Of a DNA stretch of 64,000 nt, positions 62,502 through 64,000 are shown in pieces. Location: assembly GCA_035569755.1 (NCBI GenBank), contig DATMMK010000029.1:1816-65815 (forward strand), given 5' to 3'. The position numbers and the translations under genes are program-made. Every line of letters begins with the position of its first letter. Position 1 is the first letter of the stretch. Under the pieces are notes generated by a model. The model searched no databases. It saw only the letters and a list, made by a program, of their open reading frames with translations, and was not told where the DNA came from. This stretch comes from Steroidobacteraceae bacterium. GTDB taxonomy: Bacteria > Pseudomonadota > Gammaproteobacteria > Steroidobacterales > Steroidobacteraceae.

Positions 62502-64000
62502 TCAAGCACGCAGCGTCGTCAGCGGCGGCTGATTGACCACCGAGCGCGTCGCGAGCCAGCCGCCCGTCGCCACCAGCAAGGCTCCTCCCACGACGCCGAC
62601 CCCCCAGGGCGTGAGATCGAACGCGTAGCGGAGCTCGAGCCAGCGCGTCGTGAGGAAGTAGGCGGCGAGCGAGGCGCCGGCCGCGGCGATCAGCCCGGAA
62701 AGCAGCCCCAAGGTCACGAACTCCGCGAGCACGCCCTGCACCACGGTGCCGCGACTCGCGCCGAGAGTGCGCAGCATCGCGCTCTCGTAGCGCCGCTCGT
62801 CGCGGCTCGACTGCACCGCCGCGAGCAGCACCGTGAGGCCCGCGAACAAGGTGAACACGAACACGCTCTGCACGGCGAGCGCGGCCTTGTCGAGCACCGC
62901 GCGTACCTGCGCGAGCAGCTCCTCGATGTCGAAGATCGAGACGCTCGGAAAACGGTGCGCGAGCTCGGCGAGCGTGCGCGCAGTCCCCGGGGTGAAGTAG
63001 GCGCTCGTCATGTAGGTACCGGCCATGCGGTCCAGCACCCCGGGCGCGAACACGATGAAGAAATTCGGCCGGAAGCTGTCCCACTTCACCTTGCGGATGC
63101 TCGCCACCGTGGCCTCGATCGTCTCGCCGCCGACGTCGAAGGTCAGCCGGTCGCCGAGGCCCACCCCGAGCGCCTCCTGGAACTCGGTCGCGAGCGACAC
63201 GAGCGGCCTGCCGGCGTCGGCTTGCGTCCACCAGCTCCCGGCGATGATGCGGTTGTCGCTTCCTAGGTCGGTGGTCCAGGTGAGGTTCTGCTCGCGCGTC
63301 GCGAAACCCTCCTCCTCTCCCCGGCCGGCGCGGCGCCCCTCGCCGACCGCGCGTCCGTTGATGGCCGTGAGCCGCCCGCGAATCATGGGAAGCACACGCG
63401 TAGTGCGCGCACCCTGCGCCTCGACGAAGCGGATGAAGGCGTCACGCTCGGCGGGCGGGATGTTGATGAAAAAGTAGTTGGGCAGATCGGGGGGCAGCGT
63501 GCGGCGCCAGTCGCTGTTCAGGTCGTCGCGGATGATGCCGAGGAGCAGCAGCACCATGATGCCGGCGCCGAAGGCCACGAGCTGCACCACGCTCTCGGTA
63601 CGGCGGCGGCTCAGGTTCGCCACCCCGAAGCGCCACGCCACTCCCACCCGCCCCCGCAGGCGTCCGGCGAGCAGCACCAGGGCGGTGCCGGCGAGTGCCA
63701 GCGCCCCGACGAACAGCGCGAGCCCGACGGCCAGATAGAGGAAGAGCCGGGCATCGCGCACCACCCAGTAGATGAGGAAGGCCACTACCGCGACCGCCGG
63801 GCCGAAGGCGAGCAGCACGAGCGGCGGCGGCGGTCCGACGTCGCGCCGCAGGACGCGCAGCGCCGGCACGCGCGTCAGCTGGATGAGCGGCGGCAGCGCA
63901 AAGCCGGCGAGCACCGCGATCGCCGTCATGAACCCGAGCGCCAGCGGCGCGGCCCCGGGCGGCGGGAGCTCGGTCACCGCGAGCAGCCCGCGGATGGTGC
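62502..64000 (-). CDS. FtsX-family ABC transporter permease (YbbP-like), 5'-truncated by the window edge
   Basis: The frame stays open upstream of the track start at 63977 (TIRGLLAVTELPP...). Repeated 4-TM FtsX modules and a large periplasmic loop are present. Confidence 0.8.
   Translation of the reverse strand, partial: TIRGLLAVTELPPPGAAPLALGFMTAIAVLAGFALPPLIQLTRVPALRVLRRDVGPPPPLVLLAFGPAVAVVAFLIYWVVRDARLFLYLAVGLALFVGALALAGTALVLLAGRLRGRVGVAWRFGVANLSRRRTESVVQLVAFGAGIMVLLLLGIIRDDLNSDWRRTLPPDLPNYFFINIPPAERDAFIRFVEAQGARTTRVLPMIRGRLTAINGRAVGEGRRAGRGEEEGFATREQNLTWTTDLGSDNRIIAGSWWTQADAGRPLVSLATEFQEALGVGLGDRLTFDVGGETIEATVASIRKVKWDSFRPNFFIVFAPGVLDRMAGTYMTSAYFTPGTARTLAELAHRFPSVSIFDIEELLAQVRAVLDKAALAVQSVFVFTLFAGLTVLLAAVQSSRDERRYESAMLRTLGASRGTVVQGVLAEFVTLGLLSGLIAAAGASLAAYFLTTRWLELRYAFDLTPWGVGVVGGALLVATGGWLATRSVVNQPPLTTLRA

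Overview
This is a very GC-rich, gene-dense proteobacterial chromosomal window, probably from a gamma- or betaproteobacterium; no taxon can be assigned from sequence alone. I support about 60 protein genes. I saw no rRNA, tRNA, CRISPR array, transposase or phage gene. Many of the long ORFs in the six-frame track are antisense or frame-shadow artefacts of the GC bias.

Core content, left to right:
- amtB behind a sigma54-type promoter, then an AlgZ/AlgR-like LytS/LytTR pair.
- A hipBA toxin-antitoxin module and a TonB-dependent receptor.
- The conserved block hslVU-xerC-DUF484-dapF.
- A ferredoxin-reductase/FabH-like pair, a 36-codon ribosomal protein bTHX gene and an RRM RNA-binding protein.
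- A dual-domain c-di-GMP sensor divergent from a cupredoxin plus outer-membrane-barrel pair.
- A three-gene KorAB plus GltD/ferredoxin 2-oxoacid oxidoreductase operon.
- DUF971-ubiE-ubiJ-ubiB-MATE.
- A complete, translationally coupled trpEGDCFBA operon.
- yajQ, ahpCD divergent from oxyR, and a second HTH-fused HipA kinase (YjjJ/HipH type).
- PCuAC, an acyl-CoA dehydrogenase operon, and a second LytS/LytTR pair flanked by two large Ala/Pro-rich proteins.

Most notable observations:
1. An unannotated 15-codon trp leader peptide (MSQRPVSTSWWWRPS) plus an intrinsic terminator in front of trpE. The terminator contains the ORF-track start codon of trpE.
2. Two HipA-family kinase loci, each sitting directly behind a short island of about 20% G+C that carries dyad or direct repeats. 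Both have start codons with no Shine-Dalgarno sequence.
3. A cluster of a degenerate-EAL/Ala-Pro-rich protein, a LytS kinase, a LytTR regulator and an Ala-Pro-rich single-pass membrane protein.
4. A degenerate-GGDEF/EAL periplasmic sensor paired with a type-1-copper cupredoxin and a putative outer-membrane barrel.

All functional calls rest on motif recognition by eye. None was checked against a database.
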